Source of the DNA: Eledone cirrhosa
Taxonomy: Eukaryota
Assembly: GCA_964016885.1 (NCBI GenBank)
Contig: OZ024741.1
Location: forward strand, 301,878,001-301,942,000
Direction: 5' to 3'
DNA: 64,000 bases
In this document: positions 1 to 17,102 of the stretch, piece by piece
How the letters are laid out: each line of letters opens with the position of its first letter
Position numbering within the stretch: the stretch's first letter is position 1
Program-made: the position numbers and the translations under genes
The notes under the pieces: model-generated
The model's database searches: none
What the model was told of the DNA's origin: nothing
Seen by the model: only the letters and a program-made list of their open reading frames with translations

Positions 1-940
1 TTGCGAACAGTGAAGTGTTAAATCAACATATGAAAAATAAAATAAGAGGGATATATGAGATTGGAAAAAAGGAAAGGAAGGGGGAAAGAAAAGGTAAGGA
101 AGAGGAAGAAAAAATATAGATAGAAGAAAAAAATATAATAATAAGGAAAGGATGACGGAGGAGGAGTTTAAGAAGGAAGGATGAGAGAGGAGGAGAAAAT
201 GAGTGAGAGAGCGAGAGAGATAACCTTTAATACTGAAAAACACTGTCTCACAGAGAAAAATTTAAAAAACGTTGTAAGATAATAAAAATTTAGAAATTAA
301 AAGTTAATGAGGTTTATGAATGGTGATGCTTATGATTAAAGAAAAAGGAATTAAGAATACTATTTATTTAAGGTTTATATATTGAAGGGTTTAATAAGAT
401 GTGCGAAAAGGAATTTACTAAAATGTATTATTAAAATAAAATATATTAAGAAGATAAGGTGAATGAAGATAACGTTAAATTAATTATGAACTTAGAGGAA
501 TTAATTAGGGTTTGTTTCTATGTATTGTAATAGGAAAAAGTAAATAATAGATTTAATACGAACATGGAAGGAGAGAAGAAAGAAAAAATTCAAGGAAGAA
601 AAAATATATAACGTCAAAAAAAAAATATGTTTACAAAATTTCTCTAATGGTAATATTAGTATATATTAAAAATAAAAATGTTTATGGCCAAGTAAATAAG
701 GAAAATGCTATAGTGAGTTATAAGATGAATTAAGAAGTAGTTGAGAAGTAAAAGTTGCAGATTAAAGATTAGAAATTTTAAAAAAGAAGAAAATTAGGGG
801 ACCGCTAACGACATAGTATGAGTAATATTGTATAATATACTGAAATAAGGTAGAACGATGGGTATATTTGTAAAAAATATAAAAGTGTTTGAGAAAAAAG
901 ATTTTAAACTAATTAGGTAGTAAGATATTAGCTGTATACT

Positions 941-1807
941 TTATGGAAGGAAAGTTTTAAGGGATTTATGCAAGCAGATCGAAAATAAATCCGTACGTCT
1001 ATTTATTATAGAATTAAAATTAGAGATAATGGTAAATTTCTCCGCTAGGAAGAGATTACATGTTCTGGATAGGGAAGAATTAAGGTAAGGAGAGGCGTTG
1101 CAAACCTTTCTCCAAGAAATGTTGTAGTTAATATGTTTGTCCTTTAAGGACCATATGAGTTCTGAGAGTGCTGTGTTAGTTCTTTTAAGTTGGTATTTAA
1201 AAGAAGAATTGTGATTATAAAATCTTGCCTTAAAGGAAGTGGAAGTGGAACCAAAATAGGTAAAAGAATTAGTACCAGTTATAACCTTACATTCATACAC
1301 TAAATTTGTATCAAGACATTGGTTACTCAGAGGACATTTAGTTCTAATATGGCAATTGCAATTACGATTAGAGAAATTAGCAGAGTTATTAGCAAGTGAC
1401 CCAGTATTATTTATAGGAGGAATTGAATTGGAGAAGTTACTTACGATAGGTGCTAAAGTTTCCTGATTTAGATTGGTATTATAAACATTCGACAAAGTTA
1501 CGTTTGACGTCGTATTTAAATTTACGGAATCTAGCCTAGAGTTAACATTGACGTCGGGCTTACAATTGTTATTATTATGACGCTCAGTGTTGGATGGATA
1601 TGATTTATTACTTAATATTTTAGTATTATGTTTTGAGATAATGTTAGAGATGTTGGAAGTGGTGGAATAAGAGAATTTAATTGTATGTTTATTAAAGATC
1701 TTACTATAAATATGTGAAGGAGGGAAGCATTTATCTAAGGCCCTAAAAAATAGTTTAGGAATATTACTAATAATTGATAGAGAAAAAGGAGCGTTGTACC
1801 AAATCAT
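941..1807 (-). pseudogene. PLE RT thumb, Asn-rich insert, Cys linker and GIY-YIG endonuclease fragment
   Basis: VYECK..YFGST, R..NH and EK motifs of GIY-YIG; CNC-x5-CPL-x3-C linker. Confidence 0.88.
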
Positions 1808-3057
1808 ATTTTTATATCTAGGTATTTTCTTTATGCTATTGGAATGCTTATAACTAACTATATTACTATAAGTTCCTCCATGATTGGTTTCTTTACTCTA
1901 TTTAATTTTGTCAGGATAACCGGCTCTGGAAAGCGCATTGTTGTAATAATTGACTTTAGCGTCAAAAATAAGTTTATTAGAAGATAGATTTAAGATTCTT
2001 TTTTCAACATTACTGACTATAGCATTTTTAACGTGAATAGGGTGGTTAGATTTAAAATTAACATAATTTAGATTCTCATTGTCTTTATGGTAAGGGTAAT
2101 ATAGGCCGGTGTCAATATTAAGGGATATATCCAGGAAGTTATATTGACGTTGTTTTCAAATTCAATTTTTAGGTTATGGTGCTTAAATAGATCAAGTATA
2201 TTATTCTTAATAATATTAAGGTTAACTAAGTTACAGTTAAAGACAGTAAAAAGGGCATCGTCACGATAAATTCCACCGCGAAGTTGAGGAATTTTCAGAT
2301 TTAAAGAATTCAAAATAAAGATTCCAATCAAGTCCGTCAATTGCGCTGAATCCGACGAACCCATTGTGATATCAAAATTGTTGGAAGTATCAGCTCTAGT
2401 CCAATATTTGTTGTTGAATTCCAGGATAGTTTTTCTTATGGTGAGAATGATGTACAGTTCATCTGTGGTGATGTCGGAATATTTAAATGCAAAAGAGAGA
2501 GCGTTGTTGAGGAGTGAAGGCGAAAAGGAGAATAGTAACTGGCAATGTCAAACTGAATAAATTTGTGTTTGTTTTTATTATTCAGGTCATTGAACCAGTC
2601 AACTACATCAGATGTACCAATCCATACATTTAAGTTAGAAATAGAGCAATTAGAACGAACCTGTGGAATAATTCTATCCAAGATGGATTTACTAACAACC
2701 CCCAGAACGGATTTAGAGGGGGCGATTAGTCTAACAGGCAGTTCAGTTCGAAAGTTACTTTTGTGATCTTTAAGATTTATCCTCGGAGTTCTTGGGAAGA
2801 ATGGTTCGGTCTTTTTCTCGATGCCAAGTTTGGACATAATCTCAGAAGCTTCCAAGTTTATAGATTCCAGATTCTCATGGTTAGTTTTGCGATAATTCTT
2901 CCTTAGTTCCTTAAAGATAAGGTTATTATATTTATCTTTAGATATACCATATAAATTATTAGTTTTGTCGGAATTGACTAAGACTTTTATAGAAGAATTA
3001 AGGTCCGAAATCGTATTCCTGAGATTTATAAGGGTTTCTCTTGAATTTAAGTCCTCT

Positions 3058-3239
3058 TATAATTGTTTCTACTTTAGGCACAAGGCCAGCAATTACCCAG
3101 TGCATTACTGGTACTTTATTTTATCGACCCCGTAAGGATGAAAGGCAAAGTCAACCTCGGCGGGATTTGAACTCAGATCGTAAAGGGACGTAACTATGCT
3201 GGAAAGCATGGCGTCCGACCCTCTACCGATACTGCCAAT
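3058..3239 (-). mobile_element. tRNA-derived SINE (family S1) inserted into the PLE ORF
   Basis: A box TGGCAGTATCGG, B box GTTCAAATCC, core GCCTTTCATCCTTACGGGGTCGATAAAATAAAGTACCAG, tail GGCCTTGTGCCTAAAGTAGAAACAATTAT; removing it restores PLE frame TNII-RGLKF. Confidence 0.92.
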
Positions 3240-3696
3240 AATATTAGTTAGTTCTTCCTCAAGCTGTGCTAGATTTTTATTGAAACGAGGATTTCTTCTA
3301 GAGTTAAATAAATAATCAATATTGTTACGTTCCTTAATATAAAAATTTCCTTTTAAACGCTGGTCGTCGAAAAAAGCGATCCATCTAAGCCTTCTCACAA
3401 AGGAGTCAGTTTTTTCAATCAGAAGTTTAGTGAATTCAGATTTACCAGGGATAGGAATGTCTTTAAGTGAAGTTGTGATGTTGTAATAATCCATGTTATA
3501 GAAGAAAATTAGAGACCATCGAAGGTATCCGATATAAGAGTTAGCGCTCAAACAGTCAAGAAGCAAGTTAATGTAGGAGGTGAGTTTTATTGTAGCACGA
3601 TAAAGCAATGCAAATATCGGATAAGTAGCACTCAACAGTTTATAGGACTGGAGTATAAATAATATCAAATCAAAAGATGGTTAAAAGAGTTCCATG

Positions 3697-3767
3697 TATT
3701 TTATTATGCGCATTTCAAAAACAAATATCATCATGGGATGATATTTGCTTTCTCATCAGATAAAATA
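3697..3767 (-). ncRNA. Minimal type I hammerhead ribozyme in PLE pLTR
   Basis: Minus strand: TATTTTAT-CTGATGA-[GAAAGCAAATATCATC ccat GATGATATTTGTTTTT]-GAAA-TGCGCA-TA-ATAAAATA; perfect 8-bp stem I, long stem II, palindromic stem III/loop. Confidence 0.88.
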
Positions 3768-3805
3768 GGGAGACATGATATGAAGCTTAAAAAACACTTG
3801 CGAGC

Positions 3806-3911
<106 letters not shown>

Positions 3912-3999
3912 TCCCATGATGATAGTTGTTTTTGAAATGCGCATAATAAAATACATGGAACTCTTTTAACCATCTTTTGATTTTATATTATTTATACTC

Positions 4000-8468
<4,469 letters not shown>

Positions 8469-8837
8469 GTTTCTGAATTTGTTTCTGAATTTCTATCCCC
8501 CCTCTGCTTCCTCATCCCTCTTAATCTTCCTCTATTTCTTTCTCATCTTCCTTACTTATCCTTCCTCTTTGCCTATGCTCTATCCCCCCTTCTTTCTTTC
8601 TATATATATATCTTTATTATTATTAATATTATATTTATTTTGATGTGATGGTTTGATTTCGTAACTTTGCCGGTTATACATTCAACTATATCTTCGTTCC
8701 TTCTTTCGTCATTTTCTTTCTTTCTCTTTCATTTCCATCTGTCCCCCTTCCTTTATTTATGTATCATCAATACTATTATTGATGTAGTGATTTGAATTTT
8801 TAAGTTTACCGTTACGCATATATTTTATATTTATTAA

Positions 8838-9157
8838 TAGTTTCTAATGAAATGATTGAAGTTATATGTATTGTAAATTGAATTACACTGTCTCCAGTAT
8901 TTAGCAATTTATAGGCAACTCTATCATGGAAACAATTGTAAGACTGTAAATAAATATCCTTGTTTGTACTGTCGACTATGTTATTCTTCACTTTTTTATT
9001 ACTCCAAGATATATTTACATAGGAATACAAGCGAAGTCATAAAATCGTCACCAACGTAAACCTCTTGTTGAGTCACACAGCACCGTACGCTTAAACTGTC
9101 CATGATAAGTAGTTTTCACAGACTCTTATCGGATTACCTTTAACGATTTATTGTTAT

Positions 9158-9170
<13 letters not shown>
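8838..9170 (+). mobile_element. PLE pLTR (hammerhead family B, core mutated to CTAATGA) running into (TA)n
   Basis: Near-identical to 4000-4162 over ~155 bp; GAAA-CAATTG-TA at 8929-8940. Confidence 0.7.
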
Positions 9171-9186
<16 letters not shown>

Positions 9187-9192
<6 letters not shown>

Positions 9193-9594
9193 TAAAAAAA
9201 CGAAAAATCAGTGATGCATCTGGACTCAGTTTATTGAGTGTTACAATTGTTTCGCCGGCAGGTAGCTCGAGACGTCATCACTGTATGTATCTGGCTGATT
9301 CTACGGCTGCAGGTTCCCTCGGACACGGGTAGTTCGTTCGTACTGAGAAAATTTGCTCCGAACGAACTACCCGTGTCCGAGGGAACCTGCAGCCGTAGAA
9401 TCAGCCAGATACATACAGTGATGACGTCTCGAGCTACCTGCCGGCGAAACAATTGTAACACGCAATAAACTGAGTCCAGATGCATCACTGATTTTTCGTT
9501 TTTTTATACTATCCACACTCTACTCTGTATGAATATTGAGTGTTAATTTTGGCATACCGCCTATGGAAGCACGATAGCTACCATTATACACAAG

Positions 9595-9595
<1 letters not shown>
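9187..9595 (+). repeat. Near-perfect ~154-bp inverted repeat with 18-nt loop plus 3' extension, between (TA)n tracts
   Basis: 9187-9340 is the reverse complement of 9359-9512 with one visible mismatch. Confidence 0.95.
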
Positions 9596-9625
<30 letters not shown>

Positions 9626-9671
9626 GGACACAAAACAGGCTTTGTTTACAAACGGCTAGCGAGTTTGAAAA

Positions 9672-9888
9672 TTAGGTAGTAACATGTGTTTACGCCGTAT
9701 TTGACTACATAGAATTAGTCTGTTAGTTGGGATTTTGAAACATTGGTCCAGCAAACCAAAGATGTGAGTTCGTGTCGCATGTTCATCAATACTCATCCTT
9801 TTTTCCATTCAGAGGGTTTTTTTAAATCCAAACTAACAGACTAATACTATTTAGTCAAATACGGCCCTAAGAACATGTTACTACCTAA
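9672..9888. repeat. Imperfect ~65-bp inverted repeat
   Basis: TTAGGTAGTAACATGT..GCCGTATTTGACTA..TTAGTCTGTTAGTT versus AACTAACAGACTAA..TAGTCAAATACGGC..ACATGTTACTACCTAA. Confidence 0.8.
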
Positions 9889-10647
9889 AACATAAAGGAA
9901 TATTTAAATTTACAATCTGGTGCCCCACAATGGGAAAGTATTTAGTCGTCTGGAGTCAGGTATTGTTCATAATGTCCAATCACAAACATTAACATGGTGG
10001 TGATGATTTATGGCAGACTTACAAGTGCCAAAATACGCAATTTAAGGATACAGAGAAAGTAAATGTGTGATGGAGAAAATAATTACACAAGAAGTGAAGC
10101 TAATGCAGATTTCATCACTATATTGAAACTATGAAAGGAATGTATCATAATGGAAGGAAATAGAAACTAAATTTATTATTATTCAATAAATAAGGAACTT
10201 CGAGTTCATTCCGTGTTATAGTAAAGGAATATCTATAGGCTGGCGGTAATGAGATTGCAGATTATATACAATCTGTAAATTGGGACAGTGATGATAAAAT
10301 GTATCTGTAGGATGTTATTAACAAATATGATATTTATAAAGATTTATTCCAACCCGAAAAAGATAAACAGTGTGATTGTGAAGAATTTTCATTAATAGCT
10401 TGGTTTTAAATTTGCAATTTAAAGCACATACTAAACGTCTACGTTTGTTTTGTGTGCAAAATTTATATTAGGAAATCGTTTTCACTGACAATAGAATGGG
10501 ATGATTTGAGAAAGTATTATTTTAATACCTGAAGCACCAGGATCCAGGATTTAAAGATACATTATTTCAAAATTTCACGTACTGTTACCCACTCCCTTAA
10601 AAGTAGAGGGAAGTGATTTAAACAAATGCTATTTCAATACTGGACAT

Positions 10648-10811
10648 AGAAGAAGAAGAAGAAGAAGAAGAAGAAGAAGAAGAAGAAGAAGAAGAAGAAG
10701 AAGAAGAAGAAGAAGAAGAAGAAGAAGAAGAAGAAGAAGAAGAAGAAGAAGAAGAAGAAGAAGAAGAAGAAGAAGAAGAAGAAGAAGAAGAAGAAGAAGA
10801 AGAAGAAGAAG
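10648..10811 (+). repeat. (GAA)n trinucleotide repeat
   Basis: Direct reading. Confidence 0.99.
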
Positions 10812-11556
10812 CCTTAAATTTATCATTTTCGTTTTAATGTATATGTCCCTCAAATCACATTGAATTTCCTTTAACTCCAAATAATAAAACTCAGCATCAG
10901 TATATAGTATTTGACGATCAAGTTAGATAGATACGAATAAAACTGTAAGTGTAGATATTCAAAATAGAGTAGGTACAAGACCATATTTATCAAATAGCAT
11001 GTTTTAATGCATATAGTGGATCATTTCTGGAAACACCAATGATTAAACTGTTCTTCCTCCGAGATTAACTTCATTTTTCATCCAACCGAGATCGATAATA
11101 AAGTACCTGTCAAGAGCTGCGACAGATTTAATCGACTACTCCTACAAGCTGATGTCAATGTAAGAAATTCTTCTTGGTGCAATTCCTTGCTTTTTTTCCC
11201 TTTTACCCATAGACGTTCTGCTATTGATAGGATACTTTGGATTGTACCCAAAATTTCACCTCCTCAAAACAAATAATATTGTAATTGTTTCCTCCCATTC
11301 AAATTCAACCTGAAAATCAAGAGTAAAATTTCAAGTTTTACGTGTGTATGATTATATTATATACTACCACATAATACTATACGTCTGCTATATTGTGTAC
11401 ATACATACAAACACTAACATAGCCATTTCAATTTTACACCTAGAGTTATTTCCCTTTGTTATGCAACGTTAACGATATATAAATAAAAACAAAATTTGTT
11501 TTCCTTCTAACATGGTGGATGCCTAAATGCATTCGTGAGTGAATGATAATAATATC

Positions 11557-11752
11557 ATAATAATTGTTTCTACTTTTGGCACAAGGCCAGCAATTATCCT
11601 AGTGCATTACTGGTACTTTATTTTATCGACCCCATAAGAATGAAAGGCAAAGTTAACCTCGGCGGGATTTGAAATCGGAACGTAAAGGGCCATAACTCTG
11701 TGTTGCAAACTATGGTGTCTGACTTTCTACCGATACTGCCAATCCGCCGCCC
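11557..11752 (-). mobile_element. SINE S1, full-length
   Basis: Starts GGGCGGCGGATTGGCAGTATCGG; same core and tail as 3058-3239. Confidence 0.9.
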
Positions 11753-11787
11753 TATAATGCTATAATAATATTATAAATATTCGGTTC

Positions 11788-11921
11788 CGGCCCTTTACGT
11801 TCTGAGTTCAAATCCCGCCGAGGTTAACTTTACCTTTCATCCTTACAGGGTCGATAAAATAAAGTACCAGTAATGCACTGGGATAATTGCTGGCCTTGTG
11901 CCAAAAGTAGAAACAATTATT
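11788..11921 (+). mobile_element. SINE S1, 5'-truncated, with 12-bp target-site duplication
   Basis: AATATTCGGTTC at 11776-11787 and 11922-11933. Confidence 0.9.
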
Positions 11922-11922
11922 A

Positions 11923-12057
11923 ATATTCGGTTCGCTTGCAAGCAAACAGACTCGACTGTTTTTTTCTCTGCTACCGCTGAAACAAAAGGATGTCGTCAGT
12001 CATCTAGAAAACACACATGGTGTAATGAGGCTGTTTGCTTGCAAACGAACCGAATAT
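11923..12057. mobile_element. MITE-like element with ~30-bp terminal inverted repeats
   Basis: ATATTCGGTTCGCTTGCAAGCAAACAG versus CTGTTTGCTTGCAAACGAACCGAATAT. Confidence 0.6.
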
Positions 12058-12073
12058 CAATAATATTATCCTA

Positions 12074-12263
12074 GTGGATTGGCAGTATCGGTAGAGGGTC
12101 GGACACCATGCTTTGACGCATAGAGTTACGGCCCTTGCCATTCTGAGTTCAAATCCCGCCGAGGTTAACTTTGCCTTTCATCCTTACGGGGTCGATAAAA
12201 TAAAGTACCAGTAATGCACTGGGTAATTGCTGGCCTTGTGCCAAAAGTAGAAACAATTATTAT
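12074..12263 (+). mobile_element. SINE S1
   Basis: A/B boxes, core and ATT tail as in the other copies. Confidence 0.9.
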
Positions 12264-12480
12264 TCCTTCATGAATACAATATATAAATATTTTTTTTTAT
12301 ATATAACGGGGTGTTTAACGGGCATTTTAACGGTATCTACAAGCTCCACCAAGTACCCAATGACTAGGTCAAAAATTTGATTGTGTACTATCTGTGCATT
12401 ATCTGGCAAGATGGTCATAATTGAACCTTGAAACCTTAGATAGCGCTTTTTGTTCCGTGTATGAACATAGATAAATAATA

Positions 12481-12499
12481 TGTGTGTGTGTGTGTGTCT

Positions 12500-12537
<38 letters not shown>

Positions 12538-12600
12538 GTGTGTGTATGGATGTGCATGTGTGGGTGTTTATGTGTGTGTTTATGCATGTACGTGTGTGTG
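12481..12600. repeat. (TG)n microsatellite (others at 31846-31999, 33968-34062)
   Basis: Direct reading. Confidence 0.97.
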
Positions 12601-13364
12601 TATAAAGCACGATTATTTATACATGTCTTCATAATGATATTTATGTATGTCTGGATAAGTAATATAAAACAAAATCAATAAACATCAATGATTGCATAGA
12701 TCGAATTTCCATTAGAAATTATTACAACGCACGCGTCAATTATTTTCTCAAGCTTTTTATTTCATTTTTTTTAAACATTGAGAAAAAAATATGTACAATT
12801 ATTTTACATATTTCGATGAAATGTTATTTTTTTTACGAAATTCTTTCTCTAATTGAATTAGTTTTTCTATGTTTACTATTTTATATTAATATTTATATCT
12901 ACTCTTCACTGAAATATAAATTTCATAAGTTATTACGAACAATACTTCATCTTTACCAGACCGTCAGCTTTGACCATTCAATTAAAGAACTTTTCGCATG
13001 ACGAAATACTGCGTTTTATGAGAAATATTTATCAAACGTTAATCGACAGATTTGATAAGCAAATATACTATTTTGTTTTTATTAGCATCGCGTAGTAAAT
13101 TAATGAAATTCTTATTAATTATATGTATGGAGCCATTAAAAAAATGAGAAATTGTTTTCCATATTTAAAAGTTTATTAATTATCAGAATCATTCATTGAG
13201 ATTTCAAGAATTGCTTTGCAAATCAAATTTAATCTAGTGATCAAACTATAGATGCAAAACAAAACAACATAACTATTTGAACAAAAAATAGATTTTATTT
13301 GATTAAATTATAGCATAACAATATTTGTCAATTATGTAATATTTATAATTCAATATTGTTCAAT

Positions 13365-13805
13365 TTGGAGTTGGAGAATTGATTCAGTGCTCACCAAACG
13401 AGGAATCAAACCCTAAAGATTGTAAATATATTCTTTTTCGTGTTTTTAAGGGTTTTGTTTTAACTTCACAAAACAAATTATGAAACGTTGGAGAATTGTT
13501 TCACTGTTCACCAAACGAATAATGAAGCTCTATAGATCTTAAACACGTCCTCCTTAAACATATCCGCCTTTCGAACTAAACGTCATAATACAATAATTGT
13601 TTCTACTTTTGGCACAAGGCCAGCAAATACCCAGTGTATTACTGGTAATTTATTTTATCGACTCCGTAAGGATGAAAGGCAAAGTTAACCTCGGCGGGAT
13701 TTGAACTCAGAATGACAAGGGCCGTAGCATTTTTATGTTGAAGGTCTGACTAATTCACTGTTCACCAAACTAAAAATGACGCTTTACATATCTTAGCCAT
13801 GTCCT
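13365..13805 (+). repeat. Three degenerate direct repeats, interrupted by a SINE
   Basis: AATTG(A/T)TTCA(G/C)TG(C/T)TCACCAAAC at ~13377 and ~13494, shorter match at ~13752. Confidence 0.6.
13593..13727 (-). mobile_element. SINE S1, 5'-truncated
   Basis: B box, core and tail match. Confidence 0.88.
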
Positions 13806-14350
13806 ACTTTTTTTAGAGTTTCGAATTCTTACTGTATGTATTATATACCAAGTTAGGGTTTCTTCCTTCTAGTATTGATACGTTAGTCAAGAAATAAAGG
13901 ACATCACATTTGAACTCATTCTCACTTTATAAAACAAAATCGATATATCCTCTCCTGAATCGTTACATTTTATTTATAATATCGAAGAAAGATATTTTCT
14001 CTTTTCTCAGTTATGAGACTATCTTAGCAATCAAATATTTATTTCAAAGAGTCGTGTGCATATATAATCAAATTTATGAGAGCATACCACCATAGAAGGA
14101 TTATTATTATAACCACTGCCAGATCTACTGTCGATGATAAATTTACATAATGCAAATATGTGTGTTTGTGTGTCGTGAATGTATAATTGTGTATATGTAA
14201 AATCATTTAAATATAAGAAACAAAATTCTACATCTATCTAATGCTATTTTCGATATCCGCATATATTGAATAAGCATTACACTATGCATTGAAAATTATG
14301 TCGTACAATGAGTTTTATCTGAAATAATAATAGTTTATATATTAATTGTA

Positions 14351-14406
<56 letters not shown>

Positions 14407-14696
14407 GAGAGAGGGAGAGAGAGGCAGAGAGAGTGGGGAGACATGTCATAGATATTAATGCTGGGTTATGGATTTATAGGTATATTAGTGACAAACAAAC
14501 ATTCATTGATGTAGGGACTCCATAGATATGGCAGACACATATTGATTAAATTATCATCATTATAATTTAATGTCTGTGTTCTTGCTTGCAGCGGTTAGAC
14601 GGGTCGTTACACACCAAATCAGTTAGTGTCACTGATCTCGCATCTACAGATACTGAACCCATAACACACACACACACACAGATATATATATATATG

Positions 14697-14742
<46 letters not shown>

Positions 14743-14946
14743 AGTTTGTTTTGTAACAGCGAGCGAAGTTTGAAATTTAGTAGTAATAGAAGCTTTCGCT
14801 GTATTTTTGACTAAAGAAATTTTACCCTGATAGTGGGATTTAAAACCCTCTAAAAATAGAAAAGGATGAGTATTGATGTACATAGGTGATTCATTCAATT
14901 AATGGTGGTAGTAATATGAGCGCTTGGTGCATACCCATACAAACCA

Positions 14947-14986
<40 letters not shown>

Positions 14987-16075
14987 CTTAAAATGCAGTG
15001 GGAATACGAAGAAAGCAACAACGGGGGGGGGGAGTTTTCCTCATCAGTTGTCTACTGGGGGTCTCGGATATTTCTACGCTTTAAAGACAATATATCTGTC
15101 CCAGGGCGTCAATAACTGGATACGTTTTGGGGAAAACGGAGGAGAGAGGGACGGAAAGCAAAAGGGAAGATAAGAGAAAACAGTAAAAAAAACAGCGAAA
15201 AAAAACAACAAACCGAGCAATGTGCAAGCAACTTAAGGTAAGCAAATCCAAGACCACTCGATAAGAGAACTTAAGTTCACGACTGAGTGGTCGAGAGAAA
15301 AAAGACACATGTCTGATCCCCGCAGTTGTAAGTGAGAAGAGAACTGCTAACCGGTCAGGCGAGGGGGTGAAAGTGAAAGGGAGAAAGGGGGAGGAAGAAA
15401 GTGGAGGAAGAGTAGATAGGGAGAAGGGAGTGGAAGAAAGAGGGGTGAGAGTAGAGAGTAGCGAAATAGGTAGTTAGAAGGGGAGAGAAGAATGGTCACA
15501 GCGAAAACATGATGAAATATATGGAGAATAGAAATGGCTGTCTAGTTGCTATTTAAGGTATAAGAAAAGAACACACAAGCATAAATACATATACATACAA
15601 ATGTGCATACCAGCACACTCAAACACTTGTCGGTGTTTATATATACCCAATATTTTACCCATCATCTAAAACATTCTGTTTTGTTTTTTTTATCACCATG
15701 TCTGAGGAGCAGGTCGATGCTGAAGTTGGGTCTATATATTCCATTGGTGATATATACGGTGGGTTGAGTAGACGCTGTAGATGTCGTCTCTGGTGGTGTA
15801 AATGAGAAGTGGGCGTTAAGCTAGACGTGAGATGAGATGAGTGAGCTGGAGGGAAGAAATAATAGTTGGAACAAACGATCCGGTGAAAACTTGTTAAAAC
15901 GGTAAACGTTTTGTGTTTTATGCTTTATTCTTCGTTTCTGAGAGGAGAGAGATGTAGTTAGGGTGTGAGAGTTAGTGTTAGGATAAAAGTAAAATTATTA
16001 AAAAGAATGAGAAAAAATATGAAGAACTAAAAGGATTAGAGAATGGAATTATATCTACTATTAGTATAACTTTGA

Positions 16076-16155
<80 letters not shown>

Positions 16156-16157
<2 letters not shown>

Positions 16158-16312
16158 GGTTATTCCGGGTTGAATCGGAGGTAACCACAGGAAGTAAGGT
16201 AGTCAATACATAGCAGAGTATAAAAGTGTTAATATAGAAGAGATTCTACAGGACTAGAACTGTTTCATTCGTGAGATTCCTGATGATTTTTCACGAATGA
16301 AACAGTTCTAGT
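16156..16312. mobile_element. Fold-back PLE pLTR module, hammerhead family A (copy 1)
   Basis: AGATTC-CTGATGA..GAAACAG on plus (16274-16305); the 3' half is inverted upstream; (TA)n on both sides. Confidence 0.8.
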
Positions 16313-16409
16313 ATATACATATATAATATATACATATATATATATATGTATATATATATATATGTATGTATATATATATATATTATATATATATGTATAT
16401 ATGTATATA

Positions 16410-16505
<96 letters not shown>

Positions 16506-16506
<1 letters not shown>

Positions 16507-16678
16507 GTTATTCCGGGTTGAATCGGAGGTAACCACAGTAAGTAAGGTACTCAATACATAGCAGAGTATAACAGTTTTAATATAGATGAGATTCTACAGG
16601 ACTAGAAATCATCAGGAATCCCTGATGATTTCTAATGAATGAAACAGTTCTAGTCCTGTAGAATCTCATCTATATTAA

Positions 16679-16683
<5 letters not shown>
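16506..16683. mobile_element. Fold-back PLE pLTR module, hammerhead family A (copy 2)
   Basis: CTGATGA 16622-16628, GAAA-CAG-ttctagtc-CTG-TA-GAATCT 16641-16666; inverted arm upstream. Confidence 0.82.
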
Positions 16684-16742
<59 letters not shown>

Positions 16743-16821
16743 TTTCTGAATTTGTTTAGCAAGATTCTTTATCTGAAATCGTGTGTTGAATCTTATTGGC
16801 AACATGACCCTCCCAAAGTAT

Positions 16822-16857
<36 letters not shown>

Positions 16858-16860
<3 letters not shown>

Positions 16861-17059
16861 AGAAAGTATGACCCCGACGGCGGAGCTCAAGCCGTTTCGA
16901 CGGCTATTTCTGAACTGAAATGCGTCCAGAAATAGCCGTCGAAACAGCTTGAGCTCTGCCGTCGGGGTCATACTTTCCTCTATTACCCACTCTACTACCA
17001 TAAGTATCGAGTACTCTGGTGCGTTATGGTCCATCTGGTCCCTTACCACAACTACTTCG

Positions 17060-17061
<2 letters not shown>
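16858..17061 (+). mobile_element. Fold-back module, family C, with 3' half of a hammerhead
   Basis: 51-bp arms 16862-16912 / 16927-16977; GAAA-CGGC-ttgagctcc-GCCG-TC; homologous to 20684-20988 and 25092-25160. Confidence 0.75.

Positions 17062-17097
<36 letters not shown>

Positions 17098-17102
<5 letters not shown>

Noticed and set aside
9231-9488. Mirror-image ORFs on both strands
   Set aside because: A consequence of the palindrome; no protein motif
16085-17097. Repeat-spacer appearance resembling a CRISPR array
   Set aside because: The repeats are variable-length (TA)n, the inserts are retroelement ends, there are no cas genes and the context is eukaryotic
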